In this document: piece by piece, positions 19,335 to 28,997 of the stretch | Position numbering within the stretch: position 1 is the stretch's first letter | How the letters are laid out: the number at the start of each line of letters is the position of its first letter | Assembly: GCA_045633245.1 (NCBI GenBank) | Contig: JAZQYA010000015.1 | Span: 1-63,363 of the forward strand | DNA from: Candidatus Onthoplasma sp. | GTDB lineage: Bacteria; Bacillota; Clostridia; Christensenellales; UBA1242 | Direction: 5' to 3' | Length of the DNA: 63,363 bases | Made by a program: the position numbers and the translations under genes | Notes under the pieces: model-generated | Told to the model about the DNA's origin: nothing | The model's database searches: none | The model's input: only the letters and a program-made list of their open reading frames with translations

Positions 19335-20054
19335 TTGAATATCGAAAAAATAAAAAATGATCCACGCATGCCAAAACATATTGCACTCATTATTGATGGG
19401 AATGGTAGATGGGCAAAAAAACGCGGACTCCCAAGAAGTGCGGGTCATAAAGTAGGACTTGACAACCTCAAAAAGCATATTCAATATTGTCAAGAATTGG
19501 GAATTAAAAATCTTTCTATGTATTGTTTTTCAAAACAAAACTGGAATAGACCTGAAAATGAAGTTAAGTTTTTAATGGATTCTTTTAATCAAATGCTTGA
19601 TGAATATAAAAAAGAATATGAAGATAAAGACGTTAGAATCAATATTTGTGGTGACATGGAAGATGCAAGGCTTAGTGAAGAAGTAAGAAAAAAATCAAAA
19701 GAACTTATGGAACTCACAAAGAATAAAACAGGGTTTGTAATTAATGCTTGCATCAATTACGGTGGAAGAGAAGAAATCTTAAACGCTATAAATGAAATTA
19801 TTGCAAATGGTGAAACAAATATTGACGAAAAAACTTTTGAAAAACATTTATATACCAATGGATTATATCCGCTTGATTTCGTAATAAGAACGTCAGGCGA
19901 AAAGAGAACAAGCAATTTTCTCCCTTGGCAAGCTACATATAGTGAATGGCATTTTCCAAAAACTTATTGGCCAGGGTTTACAAAGAAACATTTAATTAAG
20001 GCGTTAAAAATATATATGAAAAGAAATCGTAGATTTGGCGCAATTAAAGGATAG
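19335..20054 (+). CDS. uppS: isoprenyl transferase (undecaprenyl diphosphate synthase)
   Basis: HIALIIDGNGRWA ... RTSGEKRTSNFLPWQ cis-prenyltransferase motifs; TTG start next to the frr stop. Confidence 0.9.
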   Translation: MNIEKIKNDPRMPKHIALIIDGNGRWAKKRGLPRSAGHKVGLDNLKKHIQYCQELGIKNLSMYCFSKQNWNRPENEVKFLMDSFNQMLDEYKKEYEDKDVRINICGDMEDARLSEEVRKKSKELMELTKNKTGFVINACINYGGREEILNAINEIIANGETNIDEKTFEKHLYTNGLYPLDFVIRTSGEKRTSNFLPWQATYSEWHFPKTYWPGFTKKHLIKALKIYMKRNRRFGAIKG

Positions 20055-20056
20055 TA

Positions 20057-20953
20057 ATGAAACAAAGAGCAATAACAAGTATTTATATCGTTTTAGCATC
20101 AGTTTTGGCAATCATTAGCAAACTATTGCCATATTCAATTGGTGATTATATTTTTGACATATTTATTTTAGGTGTAACTATAGTTGCTGGTTTTGAAATT
20201 TGCAACATGTTGGAAGCAAACAAGCGTAAGGTTAATAAATTTATGGCATCAATGTATTGTATTCTTAATTATGCTGTGCTTTTGTTGTGTGTTGGCAAAT
20301 TTGAATTTTATTTAATTTTATTAATTGAAGTTGCTGTTTTGGCTGCTTATTGGTTAATTGCATTGTTGGTTGAGTTTTTTAAAGACAAGAATGCACCATC
20401 AAAACAACATTTAATCACAAGTCTTAACACACTTTTAGCTTGTGTTTATCCAAGTTTCTTCTTTTGCCTGCTTTTAAACTTTAACCACTCAGATATTTAT
20501 GCCGGAAAATATTTTTCATTAATATTTATAATTTTAATTTTTGTGATAACTTGGTTAACTGATACTTTTGCATATTTAGTTGGAAGAACTTTAAGGGGAC
20601 CAAAACTTGCGCCGAAAATTAGTCCTAATAAAACCATAAGCGGAGCAATTGGTGGACTAATTGGTGGGATAATTGGTGCATTGTTATTATATCTAATTGC
20701 TTATAACATTTCAGCGTTTGAAGCAATTTTAAATATGTATAGTTTAAAATGGTGGCATTTCCTAATTGTCGGCATGGTCGGTTCTGCCTTCGGACAAATG
20801 GGCGATTTGTTTGAAAGTAAACTTAAAAGAAATGCAGGTATTAAGGATAGTGGTAATATATTTCCAGGCCATGGCGGAATGCTTGATAGAATTGACGCGA
20901 TGATATTTATATCTACTTTTGTCTATGTGGTAATATTTTTAATTTTAGTGTAA
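20057..20953 (+). CDS. cdsA: phosphatidate cytidylyltransferase
   Basis: multi-TM protein; C-terminal signature SKLKRNAGIKDSGNIFPGHGGMLDRIDA. Confidence 0.85.
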   Translation: MKQRAITSIYIVLASVLAIISKLLPYSIGDYIFDIFILGVTIVAGFEICNMLEANKRKVNKFMASMYCILNYAVLLLCVGKFEFYLILLIEVAVLAAYWLIALLVEFFKDKNAPSKQHLITSLNTLLACVYPSFFFCLLLNFNHSDIYAGKYFSLIFIILIFVITWLTDTFAYLVGRTLRGPKLAPKISPNKTISGAIGGLIGGIIGALLLYLIAYNISAFEAILNMYSLKWWHFLIVGMVGSAFGQMGDLFESKLKRNAGIKDSGNIFPGHGGMLDRIDAMIFISTFVYVVIFLILV

Positions 20954-20965
20954 TAATTAGTTTAT

Positions 20966-22138
20966 ATGATTTCAACATTACTTAGTGTAGCATCTGTTTT
21001 TAAGTATATTGGCTATATTTTCATAGCCATTCTTGTTTTATTGTTTATGGTCTTAATTCACGAATTAGGACATTATATTGCGGGGAAAATTTTAAAGTTC
21101 AAAATCAATGAGTTTAGTGTGGGGTTTGGTCCAAAAATTTTCCAAAGGAAGAATAAACGAGGAGAATTAATTTCGCTAAGAGCAATTCCTTTGGGTGGTT
21201 ATTGTGCATTTGAGGGTGAAACTGAAGAAAATAAAGACAACCCACAAGCATTTAATAATCAGAAACCTTGGAAGCGTTTAATAGTCCTATTTTCAGGCGC
21301 ATTCTTCAATTTTTTGAGCGGTATTATTTTCTCTTTTATTCTTCTTGTGTCATCTGGATATGATTTGGTTCAGGTTAAAGCGATAGATGAAAACACATCT
21401 ATTAATCGCAACTCTTTACAAACAGATGATGTTATTTATGGTGTTGAAGGGCATAAGATAGACTTTGTTAATGATCATTATTTTGCAACATTGGTGTCAG
21501 ACCACATTTCTAATAACTATGCCGATTATCAAGGTGAAGATATAACAGTTGAAATTAATAAATTTACTGAAGAAGACAAAACATTTTATCTTGTTCAAGT
21601 TCCGATAACATTTAATGTTGAACGTGATGGCGATAAAATCATTGTTGACGGACATGTTAATGTTGTTTATAACGAAAATGGAGAATATTCAGGCTGGACC
21701 TTATTAAATAAGTATGAAGAAAATGACGCAGAATTCAAACTGGCTTCATATAAATATTCTTTTTGGGAAGCACTTGGAGAATCTGTGCCATTTACATTTA
21801 AGTGGGCATGGAAAGTGTTGGTTGTGTTTGGGCAATTAATAACAGGTCAACTCTCAATAACATCTCTTGGAGGCCCGGTTACAACTGTTAAAATGATTGC
21901 AAACTTCACGCAAGAAAGTATGTTGTTGTTATTACTGCCTTTAATTGCGGTAAATTTGGCAGTTTTTAACCTTTTGCCAATCCCAGCATTGGATGGTTTT
22001 CAAATGATTTTTGTAACCATAGAATGGATAAGGAAGAAACCGGTTAAACGTGAGGTTGTGAATATGATCAACAATATAGGCTTATTCGTTTTGTTTGCTT
22101 TTGTTATTGTGGTTGATGTTTTGCAATTTGTATTGTAA
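20966..22138 (+). CDS. rseP: RIP metalloprotease RseP/YluC (site-2 protease)
   Basis: HELGH zinc motif in TM1, C-terminal NLLPIPALDG motif. Confidence 0.85.
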   Translation: MISTLLSVASVFKYIGYIFIAILVLLFMVLIHELGHYIAGKILKFKINEFSVGFGPKIFQRKNKRGELISLRAIPLGGYCAFEGETEENKDNPQAFNNQKPWKRLIVLFSGAFFNFLSGIIFSFILLVSSGYDLVQVKAIDENTSINRNSLQTDDVIYGVEGHKIDFVNDHYFATLVSDHISNNYADYQGEDITVEINKFTEEDKTFYLVQVPITFNVERDGDKIIVDGHVNVVYNENGEYSGWTLLNKYEENDAEFKLASYKYSFWEALGESVPFTFKWAWKVLVVFGQLITGQLSITSLGGPVTTVKMIANFTQESMLLLLLPLIAVNLAVFNLLPIPALDGFQMIFVTIEWIRKKPVKREVVNMINNIGLFVLFAFVIVVDVLQFVL

Positions 22139-22145
22139 TTTAATA

Positions 22146-22179
22146 AATAAGGGTGTGTTGACACTCTTATTTTTTTTTG
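22146..22179 (+). terminator. intrinsic terminator after rseP
   Basis: aataagggtgt gttg acactcttatt plus T9. Confidence 0.85.
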
Positions 22180-22186
22180 TTATAAT
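22158..22186 (+). promoter_or_regulatory. consensus promoter, predicted leaderless transcript for the 22193 CDS
   Basis: TTGACA (inside the terminator hairpin), 17-nt spacer, TGtTATAAT; the -10 ends 6 nt before the ATG; no SD. Confidence 0.6.
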
Positions 22187-22192
22187 TTAATC

Positions 22193-23722
22193 ATGGAACA
22201 AGGAATAGAATTATTAAATTTAATATATAATGGGTTGAAATTTAAAGATGCTGTATACACAGAGAGCACGAATGTTTGTGTGATGAATTTTTTATATAAT
22301 CCAGAGAATTTTACGCCAAATGAAGAAAATAAGATCGTTATAATAAATAAAGTAAAAGAACTTATCGGTGATTTTGTTAATTTTGAATTGTCATTTAAAT
22401 CATGCCCGTTGGATAAACGAGCAATTGCAAATTACACTTACACAACAATAATTAATAATTTTCCTTCAATTTCAAAGAACTTTACTTATGATGACGTGGC
22501 TGTTGAAATTGAAAATCTTAAGGTAACGATTAAATTAAAATTAACGCCAACAAGTTATGAGCACGCAAAAAATTTAAACAGGGAAACCATAATTGAAGAA
22601 AAGTTAAGGGATAGCTTTTTTGCAGACTTTATGGTTGATTTTCAAAAAAAGGAAGATGCAGTTGAAAGCGTAAATCAAATTGAAAAAAATATGGAACTCA
22701 TGGCAAGCATTAAAGAGGCAGAAGAAAAGACCGTTTATGAGCTTTCAAATATTGTGGATATAATTGGAAAAAACGAATATTCTCTATCTATTGATTACAC
22801 AAAGGTAAACACTCCAATTGAAAACGTTATAATTTGTGGCGAAATAACAACAATTCAAAAGAAAACCTACAAGCGCAAAATAACTAAAAATAAAGAGGAA
22901 AGTGAAATTGAACGCACGTTTTATAATTTTTCAATTAAAAACGACAATAAAGTGCTTTATTGTTCTATATTCCCTAAACAACATGACGAAATTAAAGGTG
23001 ATTTAATCGAAGTTGGAATGAAGGTTTGTTGTTTTGGTTCATTCCGTGAATTTAATGGGAAATTAAATTTCACAGCAAATTCAATTGCAAGATGTGAATA
23101 TAAAAGAGAGGAGATTAAGTCTGCTTTTAAACATGTAAATGAAGATTACCACACTATTTTTCCTAAAAAACACATAGATTATGAACAAGCAGGCCTTTTT
23201 GATGATGACAGTAAAACTTTCCCAGGAACTTACGTTGTTTTTGATGTTGAAACCACAGGATTAGACCCCCTTAAGGAAGAAATAATTGAAATTGGCGCAT
23301 GCAAAGTGGTTAATGGAAGAATTGATGAGGTTTTTGCAACATTTATTAAACCAAGCAAACATATTCCGAAAGAAATTACAGATCTAACAGGCATAGATGA
23401 CAGCATGGTTAAAGATGCTCCAACAATTAACTATGTGTTGCCAGACTTTTATAAGTTTTGTGATGGGGCAACTATTGTTGCACAAAATGCTGCATTTGAT
23501 ATGTCTTTCATACACAACATTTCGAAGAGAATGTCATATAATTTTAATCACAAAGTTATGGACACAATGATTATGGCAAGACAAAAACTTCCTGGATTAA
23601 AAAATTATAAATTAGGAACCATAGTTGAGAAATTAAATATAAGTTTAGAAAATGCGCACAGAGCAATAGACGATGCAACGGCAACAGCAAAAGCATTTAT
23701 AAAACTAATGAACATTGCCTAA
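22193..23722 (+). CDS. PolC-like N-terminal/OB/3'-5' exonuclease protein lacking PHP and polymerase domains
   Basis: 509 aa; Exo I YVVFDVETTGLD, Exo II AQNAAFDMSFI, Exo III HRAIDDATATAKAF closely resemble the PolC exonuclease. It is preceded by an OB-like segment (VIICGEITTIQKK...FNGKLNFTANSI) and a PolC-N-like start (MEQ...LLNLI). It sits at the polC position upstream of rimP-nusA. Confidence 0.7.
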   Translation: MEQGIELLNLIYNGLKFKDAVYTESTNVCVMNFLYNPENFTPNEENKIVIINKVKELIGDFVNFELSFKSCPLDKRAIANYTYTTIINNFPSISKNFTYDDVAVEIENLKVTIKLKLTPTSYEHAKNLNRETIIEEKLRDSFFADFMVDFQKKEDAVESVNQIEKNMELMASIKEAEEKTVYELSNIVDIIGKNEYSLSIDYTKVNTPIENVIICGEITTIQKKTYKRKITKNKEESEIERTFYNFSIKNDNKVLYCSIFPKQHDEIKGDLIEVGMKVCCFGSFREFNGKLNFTANSIARCEYKREEIKSAFKHVNEDYHTIFPKKHIDYEQAGLFDDDSKTFPGTYVVFDVETTGLDPLKEEIIEIGACKVVNGRIDEVFATFIKPSKHIPKEITDLTGIDDSMVKDAPTINYVLPDFYKFCDGATIVAQNAAFDMSFIHNISKRMSYNFNHKVMDTMIMARQKLPGLKNYKLGTIVEKLNISLENAHRAIDDATATAKAFIKLMNIA

Positions 23723-23756
23723 TTAATAATATTTTGGTAAAATATTATAAAAACTA

Positions 23757-23785
23757 TTGATTTATTAAAAATTGTGTGTTATAAT
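23757..23785 (+). promoter_or_regulatory. promoter of the rimP-nusA-infB operon
   Basis: TTGATT, 17-nt spacer, TGtTATAAT. Confidence 0.6.
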
Positions 23786-23797
23786 ACAATTAACAAC

Positions 23798-23821
23798 TAG
23801 GAGTGGCCGACGCCACTCCTA
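23798..23821 (+). promoter_or_regulatory. GC-rich leader hairpin of the nusA operon
   Basis: taggagtggc cgac gccactccta, about 10 nt downstream of the predicted TSS. Confidence 0.5.
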
Positions 23822-23861
23822 ATTACTTTTATAAAGGAAAAATCTATATTAGGGAGTAAAA

Positions 23862-24314
23862 ATGAAAGTTGCAGATTTAGTTTATGAAAAAATTAAACCA
23901 CTTTTCACGGGAGACATTCAACTTGTTGAAGTGGAATATGCAAAGAAAAACGATGGAATGCATTTAACAATTTATATCGAAAAAGATCAAGGTGTTACAG
24001 TAGACGATTGTGTTGCTGTAAGCCGTCTTATTGATGAATCGTTGGAGGAGTTAGACCCAACAAACAACGAACCATATTATTTGGATATTTCTTCATATGG
24101 TCTTGATAAGCCTTTAAAATATGATTGGCAATTCAAAAAATATGAAAATAAAAAAGTAAACGTTAAATTATATGCAAAACTTGACGGAAGAAAAGAATTT
24201 GTTGCTGTATTAAAACAAAAAACAGGTGATAGTGTTGTTTTAAATATCGACAATGAAAACTTGAAAATAAACCTAAAAGACATTGCATATATTACACCAT
24301 ATATAGAGTTTTAA
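23862..24314 (+). CDS. rimP: ribosome maturation factor RimP
   Basis: 150 aa; conserved position before nusA; ...LVEVEY....G..L.IYI.K family pattern. Confidence 0.85.
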   Translation: MKVADLVYEKIKPLFTGDIQLVEVEYAKKNDGMHLTIYIEKDQGVTVDDCVAVSRLIDESLEELDPTNNEPYYLDISSYGLDKPLKYDWQFKKYENKKVNVKLYAKLDGRKEFVAVLKQKTGDSVVLNIDNENLKINLKDIAYITPYIEF

Positions 24315-24406
24315 GAAGAAAACATATCGAAACAAGTTCGATATAAATTCACATAAAAATTACTTGCTTGTATGCAAGCACACACAATCAATTTTAAGGA
24401 GAATTT

Positions 24407-25531
24407 ATGATTAGTAAAGATTTTTTTGAAGCATTAAAAGATTTAGAGACAGAAAGAGGTATCCCGCAAGATGAATTTATTGCCGATCTTCAACAAGCTC
24501 TAACAGCCGCATTTAAAAAATATAGTGGCATGGCTCAAAATTCTGAAGTGAAAATTAACCCAGAAAAGGCAACAATCAAAACTTATTTTTATAGAGATGT
24601 TGTTGAAATTGTTGAAGATGAGGATAAAGAAATCAGTTTGGAAGATGCAAAAAAATTAAAATCAACGTATAAGATTGGTGACGTTGTTAAACAAGAAGTT
24701 TCAACAAAAGATTTTAATCGTATTGCTGTTCAAACTGCAAAACAAGTTATCATGCAAAAAATTAAAGAAAGAGAAAAACAATCAATCTATAAAGATATTG
24801 CTGAAAAAGAAGGTAAGATTATTGTTGCAAATGTAAAACGTATAGATGTTGATAATGTTTATCTTGAAATCGGTGGAACAACACTTGAAGGACTTTTAAC
24901 AAAACGTGATATGCTCACAACTGATAAATTTAAGCCAGGTGACAGAGTTAAAGTTTATGTTCGCCATATCAAAGATGATTTCCGTGGAACTGTTGTGCAA
25001 GTTAGCAGAACACACCCAAATTTCGTTAAAATGTTATTAGAAATGGAGGTTCCAGAACTCAATAACGGTGAAGTGTCTATTGTTGGTCTTGTAAGAGAAG
25101 CTGGACTTAGAACAAAAATTGCCGTATCAACATCAATTCAAAATCTTGATGCTGTTGGTGCTTGCATTGGAAATAAAGGTGCTAGAATCAACTCAGTTAT
25201 AAATGAGTTAAATGGTGAGAAGATAGATATTATTAACTTTAGTGAAAATCCAGCAGATTATATTGTTGCAGCCTTAAGTCCAGCTGAAGTTAGTGAAATC
25301 ACAGTTGACACAGCTGCTGGAGTTGCCAATGTTCTCGTTCCAGAAAATAAATTATCTTTAGCAATTGGTAAGGGTGGACATAACGTTCGTCTTGCGGCAA
25401 AATTAACCGGTTATAAAATTGATGTTAAAGCATCAAGTTTACAAGAACAACCAAAAACAAATGATGTTTTAAGCACAAGCAGTGCTAATATAATATTAGA
25501 TGATGACTTCTTTGATGACATTGATGAATAG
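24407..25531 (+). CDS. nusA: transcription termination/antitermination factor NusA
   Basis: 374 aa; NTD, S1 and two KH domains (CIGNKGARINSV, AIGKGGHNVRLAAKLTG). Confidence 0.95.
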   Translation: MISKDFFEALKDLETERGIPQDEFIADLQQALTAAFKKYSGMAQNSEVKINPEKATIKTYFYRDVVEIVEDEDKEISLEDAKKLKSTYKIGDVVKQEVSTKDFNRIAVQTAKQVIMQKIKEREKQSIYKDIAEKEGKIIVANVKRIDVDNVYLEIGGTTLEGLLTKRDMLTTDKFKPGDRVKVYVRHIKDDFRGTVVQVSRTHPNFVKMLLEMEVPELNNGEVSIVGLVREAGLRTKIAVSTSIQNLDAVGACIGNKGARINSVINELNGEKIDIINFSENPADYIVAALSPAEVSEITVDTAAGVANVLVPENKLSLAIGKGGHNVRLAAKLTGYKIDVKASSLQEQPKTNDVLSTSSANIILDDDFFDDIDE

Positions 25532-25540
25532 AGGTAAATT

Positions 25541-25798
25541 GTGCATATCAAACAAGATAGACGATGTGTTGCTTGCAGAACGTGCAAACAACAAAATGAG
25601 ATGATAAGAATAGCACGAATTAATGACGAATATTTAATTGATGAAAAAAACAAACTTGGTGGTCGTGGCGCTTATATTTGTAAAGATGATAAGTGTATTG
25701 AATTAACTATTAAGAAAAAACTTCTAAACCGAGCATTTAAAACGAATTTGAATTCTCAAATATATGAAAAATTAGGGGATTATGGACAAAATAATTAG
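25541..25798 (+). CDS. ylxR: YlxR family RNA-binding protein (DUF448)
   Basis: 85 aa; RRCVACR...GRGAYIC motif; GTG start. Confidence 0.8.
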   Translation: MHIKQDRRCVACRTCKQQNEMIRIARINDEYLIDEKNKLGGRGAYICKDDKCIELTIKKKLLNRAFKTNLNSQIYEKLGDYGQNN

Positions 25799-26081
25799 TT
25801 ATTTAGGGTTTGCTCAAAAATCAAATAATTGCATAATGGGCCAAACTGCATTAAAGAGAACCACAAAACACTTAAATTTAATTTTAGTTTGTAACTCAGC
25901 AAGCAACAATCTAAAAGATCTTGCAAAAAATCTTGCAAACAAACATAATTGTGAAATGATTGTCTCAAAAGTTGGACTTGGAGATCTTATCAAATTTCAA
26001 GATATAAAAATACTTGGATTGACTGACGAAAATTTAAGCAAAGCAATACTGCAAAATAAGGAGAAAATTAATATTGGCTAA
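25782..26081 (+). CDS. ylxQ: L7Ae/YlxQ family ribosomal-protein-like RNA-binding protein
   Basis: 99 aa between ylxR and infB; LGFAQKSNNCIMGQTA pattern. Confidence 0.75.
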   Translation: MDKIISYLGFAQKSNNCIMGQTALKRTTKHLNLILVCNSASNNLKDLAKNLANKHNCEMIVSKVGLGDLIKFQDIKILGLTDENLSKAILQNKEKINIG

Positions 26082-28629
26082 CGAAACACAAAACAAAGAA
26101 TTTAATAAAGCAATTAAGCAATTGCAAATAATGGTTAGAGAAAAACAAATTATTAACCTTGCAGAAAAGTTCTATAACTTAAAGGTTGAGATGAGTGCTT
26201 TAACAAGGAATGTTAAAGAAAAAGAAACAGCAATAATTTTAGAGCAAGCTAAAACTGTTGTTGCAAAACCCGAACCAAAAGTTGAAGTAAAAGCAGAAGA
26301 ACCTGCTGTTGTTTTTGACACTCCAAAACAAGAGAGCAAACAAGAAAATCCTAAGCAAAAACCTCAATCTCAACAATTTTCTCAAAATAGGCAACGCAAT
26401 TTCGAAAGTCGAAATCAAGGTAATGACAATAGAAATCAAAACCGAAACAATCAAAATCAATATAATGCAAACAATAGATTTCAAAGCCAATCAAATAATC
26501 AAAGAAATAATCCCAATGGTCGCCAATATAATCCAAATTTCAAGCCAGGTCAAAACAATCGTCCGCTTGGAAACAATCAAAGACCGTTTAATCCAAACTA
26601 TAAACCAGGTCAAAGACCAGCTCAAAATAAAGATAATTTAAACAAACGTCCTACAATTAATTATGCTCAACCTGTTATAACTGCTAGCCCAACTAGAACT
26701 TTTGCCAATAAGAAAAAAGAGAATGAGAGATTTGAAGAAAAACGAGCTTATTCAAAACGTGACTTATTAAAACGTGGAATGCTTGTTGAAAATGGTGACG
26801 AAGATAGAGTAATTAATCGTAAAATTCGAACAAAGAAAAAAGATGTTGAAACTAAAGTTGATGTAAGACCACAAGGTCCTGCTGTTATAACAACTGACAA
26901 TATCACAATTAAATTATTAAGTGAAGTTAGTGGTAAACCTGTTAGCGAAATCATTAAAAAGTTTATGTTACTTGGAATGATGGTAACCATCAACTCAACA
27001 ATTGATTTTGCAACTGCAGAACTAATTTTGTCAGATATGGGCATTGAACTCGTTCAAAAATTAGATAAAACTAGTGAAGAAAAATTGCAAGATTTGCAAA
27101 ATACTATGCGTTCATATAATGATGATGAAGCCCAAGAACGTGCTCCAATTGTAACCGTTATGGGTCACGTTGACCATGGTAAAACAAGCTTATTGGATTA
27201 TATTAGAAAATCAAAGGTTACAGACACAGAAGCAGGTGGAATAACACAAGCTATCGGTGCATATCGAGTTAAAGTTGATGAAAAACATATAACATTTATT
27301 GACACTCCAGGGCATGAAGCATTCACAGCAATGCGTGCTAGAGGAGCAAGCGTAACAGATATTGCAATTCTAATTGTTGCAGCAGACGATGGAATCATGC
27401 CTCAAACAGTTGAAGCTATTAACCACATTAAATCAGCAAATATTCCTATGATTGTGGCAATCAACAAGATGGATAAACCACAAGCAGAACCTGATAGAAT
27501 TTTAACACAACTCGCCGAACACAATGTCTTACCTGAAGCGTGGGGCGGTGACGCAATCATTTGTAAGATCTCAGCCAAAACAGGTGAAGGTATTGATAAA
27601 TTACTTGAAACAATCTTACTTGTTGCTGATGTGCAAGGTCTTAAAGCAAATCCAAATATCCACGCTATGGGAACAGTTATGGAAGCGAGACTTGATAAAG
27701 GACGTGGACCGATTGCTTCATTAATAGTTAGAGATGGTTCACTTAAAATTGGTGATACAATTGTTTGTGGAACAACTATTTGTAAGGTAAAAGCCATGAT
27801 TGATGAAAACAATAAACAAGTGAAATTGGCAACGCCATCAATGCCTGTAACAGTTTTAGGCTTTAGTGAAGTTCCACCTGCAGGTGAAACATTCACAGTT
27901 GTTGACGAAAAATTGTCTAAACAAATTGTAGAAGAAAGAAAAGCAAAACAAAAAGAAGAACTTATTAAAGGTAGTGGTGGAAACACTCTTGAAGACTTGC
28001 TTCAAAAAACAAGTGAAAAAGACATGAAAATCCTTAATATTGTTTTAAAAACAGATGTTCATGGCTCACTTGAAGCAATTAAAGGCTCAGTTTTAAAACT
28101 TGTTAATGATGAAGTTAAAATAAACATTCTTCATAGTGGAGTTGGAGCTGTTAGCGAAAGCGATTTGATTTTGGCTCAAGCATCTAATGCTATGGTGATT
28201 GCCTTTAATATTGGTCAAGATAGCAAAGTTAGAACTTTAGCCGAAAGAATGAAAATTAAAATTTATTCTTATAAAATTATATACGAATTACTTGAAGAGT
28301 TAGAGCGAGTAATTAAAGGAATGAGAGAACCTAAATATGAAGAAATTTACTGTGGTAAAGCTGAAGTAATGATGGTTTTCAAACTTTCAAATGCTGGTAT
28401 TGTTGCAGGATCAATGGTTAGAGATGGCAAAATTATTCGTGGAGAACACGCTCGTATATATAGAAATAACGAAGTTATTGCTACAACTGAAATTAAATCA
28501 GTTAAAGTTGTTAAAGATGATGTTAAAGAAGTTGGAAAAGACAGAGAGTGTGGAATTAAAACCCACTTCGATGAAGTTGCAATTGGTGATATAATTGAAT
28601 GTTATTCACTTAAAAGGATTGAAGATTAA
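26074..28629 (+). CDS. infB: translation initiation factor IF-2
   Basis: 851 aa; G domain [21 protein letters not shown]; TTG start after aaggagaaaa; N/Q-rich N-terminal region. Confidence 0.95.
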   Translation: MANETQNKEFNKAIKQLQIMVREKQIINLAEKFYNLKVEMSALTRNVKEKETAIILEQAKTVVAKPEPKVEVKAEEPAVVFDTPKQESKQENPKQKPQSQQFSQNRQRNFESRNQGNDNRNQNRNNQNQYNANNRFQSQSNNQRNNPNGRQYNPNFKPGQNNRPLGNNQRPFNPNYKPGQRPAQNKDNLNKRPTINYAQPVITASPTRTFANKKKENERFEEKRAYSKRDLLKRGMLVENGDEDRVINRKIRTKKKDVETKVDVRPQGPAVITTDNITIKLLSEVSGKPVSEIIKKFMLLGMMVTINSTIDFATAELILSDMGIELVQKLDKTSEEKLQDLQNTMRSYNDDEAQERAPIVTVMGHVDHGKTSLLDYIRKSKVTDTEAGGITQAIGAYRVKVDEKHITFIDTPGHEAFTAMRARGASVTDIAILIVAADDGIMPQTVEAINHIKSANIPMIVAINKMDKPQAEPDRILTQLAEHNVLPEAWGGDAIICKISAKTGEGIDKLLETILLVADVQGLKANPNIHAMGTVMEARLDKGRGPIASLIVRDGSLKIGDTIVCGTTICKVKAMIDENNKQVKLATPSMPVTVLGFSEVPPAGETFTVVDEKLSKQIVEERKAKQKEELIKGSGGNTLEDLLQKTSEKDMKILNIVLKTDVHGSLEAIKGSVLKLVNDEVKINILHSGVGAVSESDLILAQASNAMVIAFNIGQDSKVRTLAERMKIKIYSYKIIYELLEELERVIKGMREPKYEEIYCGKAEVMMVFKLSNAGIVAGSMVRDGKIIRGEHARIYRNNEVIATTEIKSVKVVKDDVKEVGKDRECGIKTHFDEVAIGDIIECYSLKRIED

Positions 28630-28997
28630 TGAAAAGTGTTAGAGTTGAAAGAATTAACGCAGAAATTCAAAAGGCAATTTCGCACATAATTGATAATGAT
28701 ATTAGAGATCCGCAAATAGATGCAATAATTAGTGTTAGTAGTGTTGAGACAACGCCAGATCTATCATATTGTAGAGTTTTTATAACATCAATAGGAACAA
28801 CACCAAGCAATGAAGTTCTTGCGCGAATTAAAGGCGCAGCTGGTTTTATTCGTGGTAAATTATCTAAAATGATTAAACTTAGAATAACTCCAAGACTTGA
28901 ATTTTTAAAAGATGATAGCGTTGAATATGCATCTAACATTGAAAATATTTTAAAGAATATTTCATATTCAACTCAAGAAGAAGATGATGATGAATAA
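28629..28997 (+). CDS. rbfA: ribosome-binding factor A
   Basis: 122 aa; RVERINAEIQKAISHII ... RITPRLEF. Confidence 0.9.
   Translation: MKSVRVERINAEIQKAISHIIDNDIRDPQIDAIISVSSVETTPDLSYCRVFITSIGTTPSNEVLARIKGAAGFIRGKLSKMIKLRITPRLEFLKDDSVEYASNIENILKNISYSTQEEDDDE

Noticed and set aside
27402-27986. Long antisense ORFs inside housekeeping genes. Examples: 27402-27986 minus inside infB, 8760-9131 minus inside hslV, 409-738 minus inside rbgA, 32868-33242 minus inside spoIIIAE, plus many others in the track.
   Set aside because: Each lies wholly within a confidently identified conserved gene on the other strand. They lack SD sequences and have low-complexity or hydrophobic translations, typical of shadow frames in AT-rich DNA.
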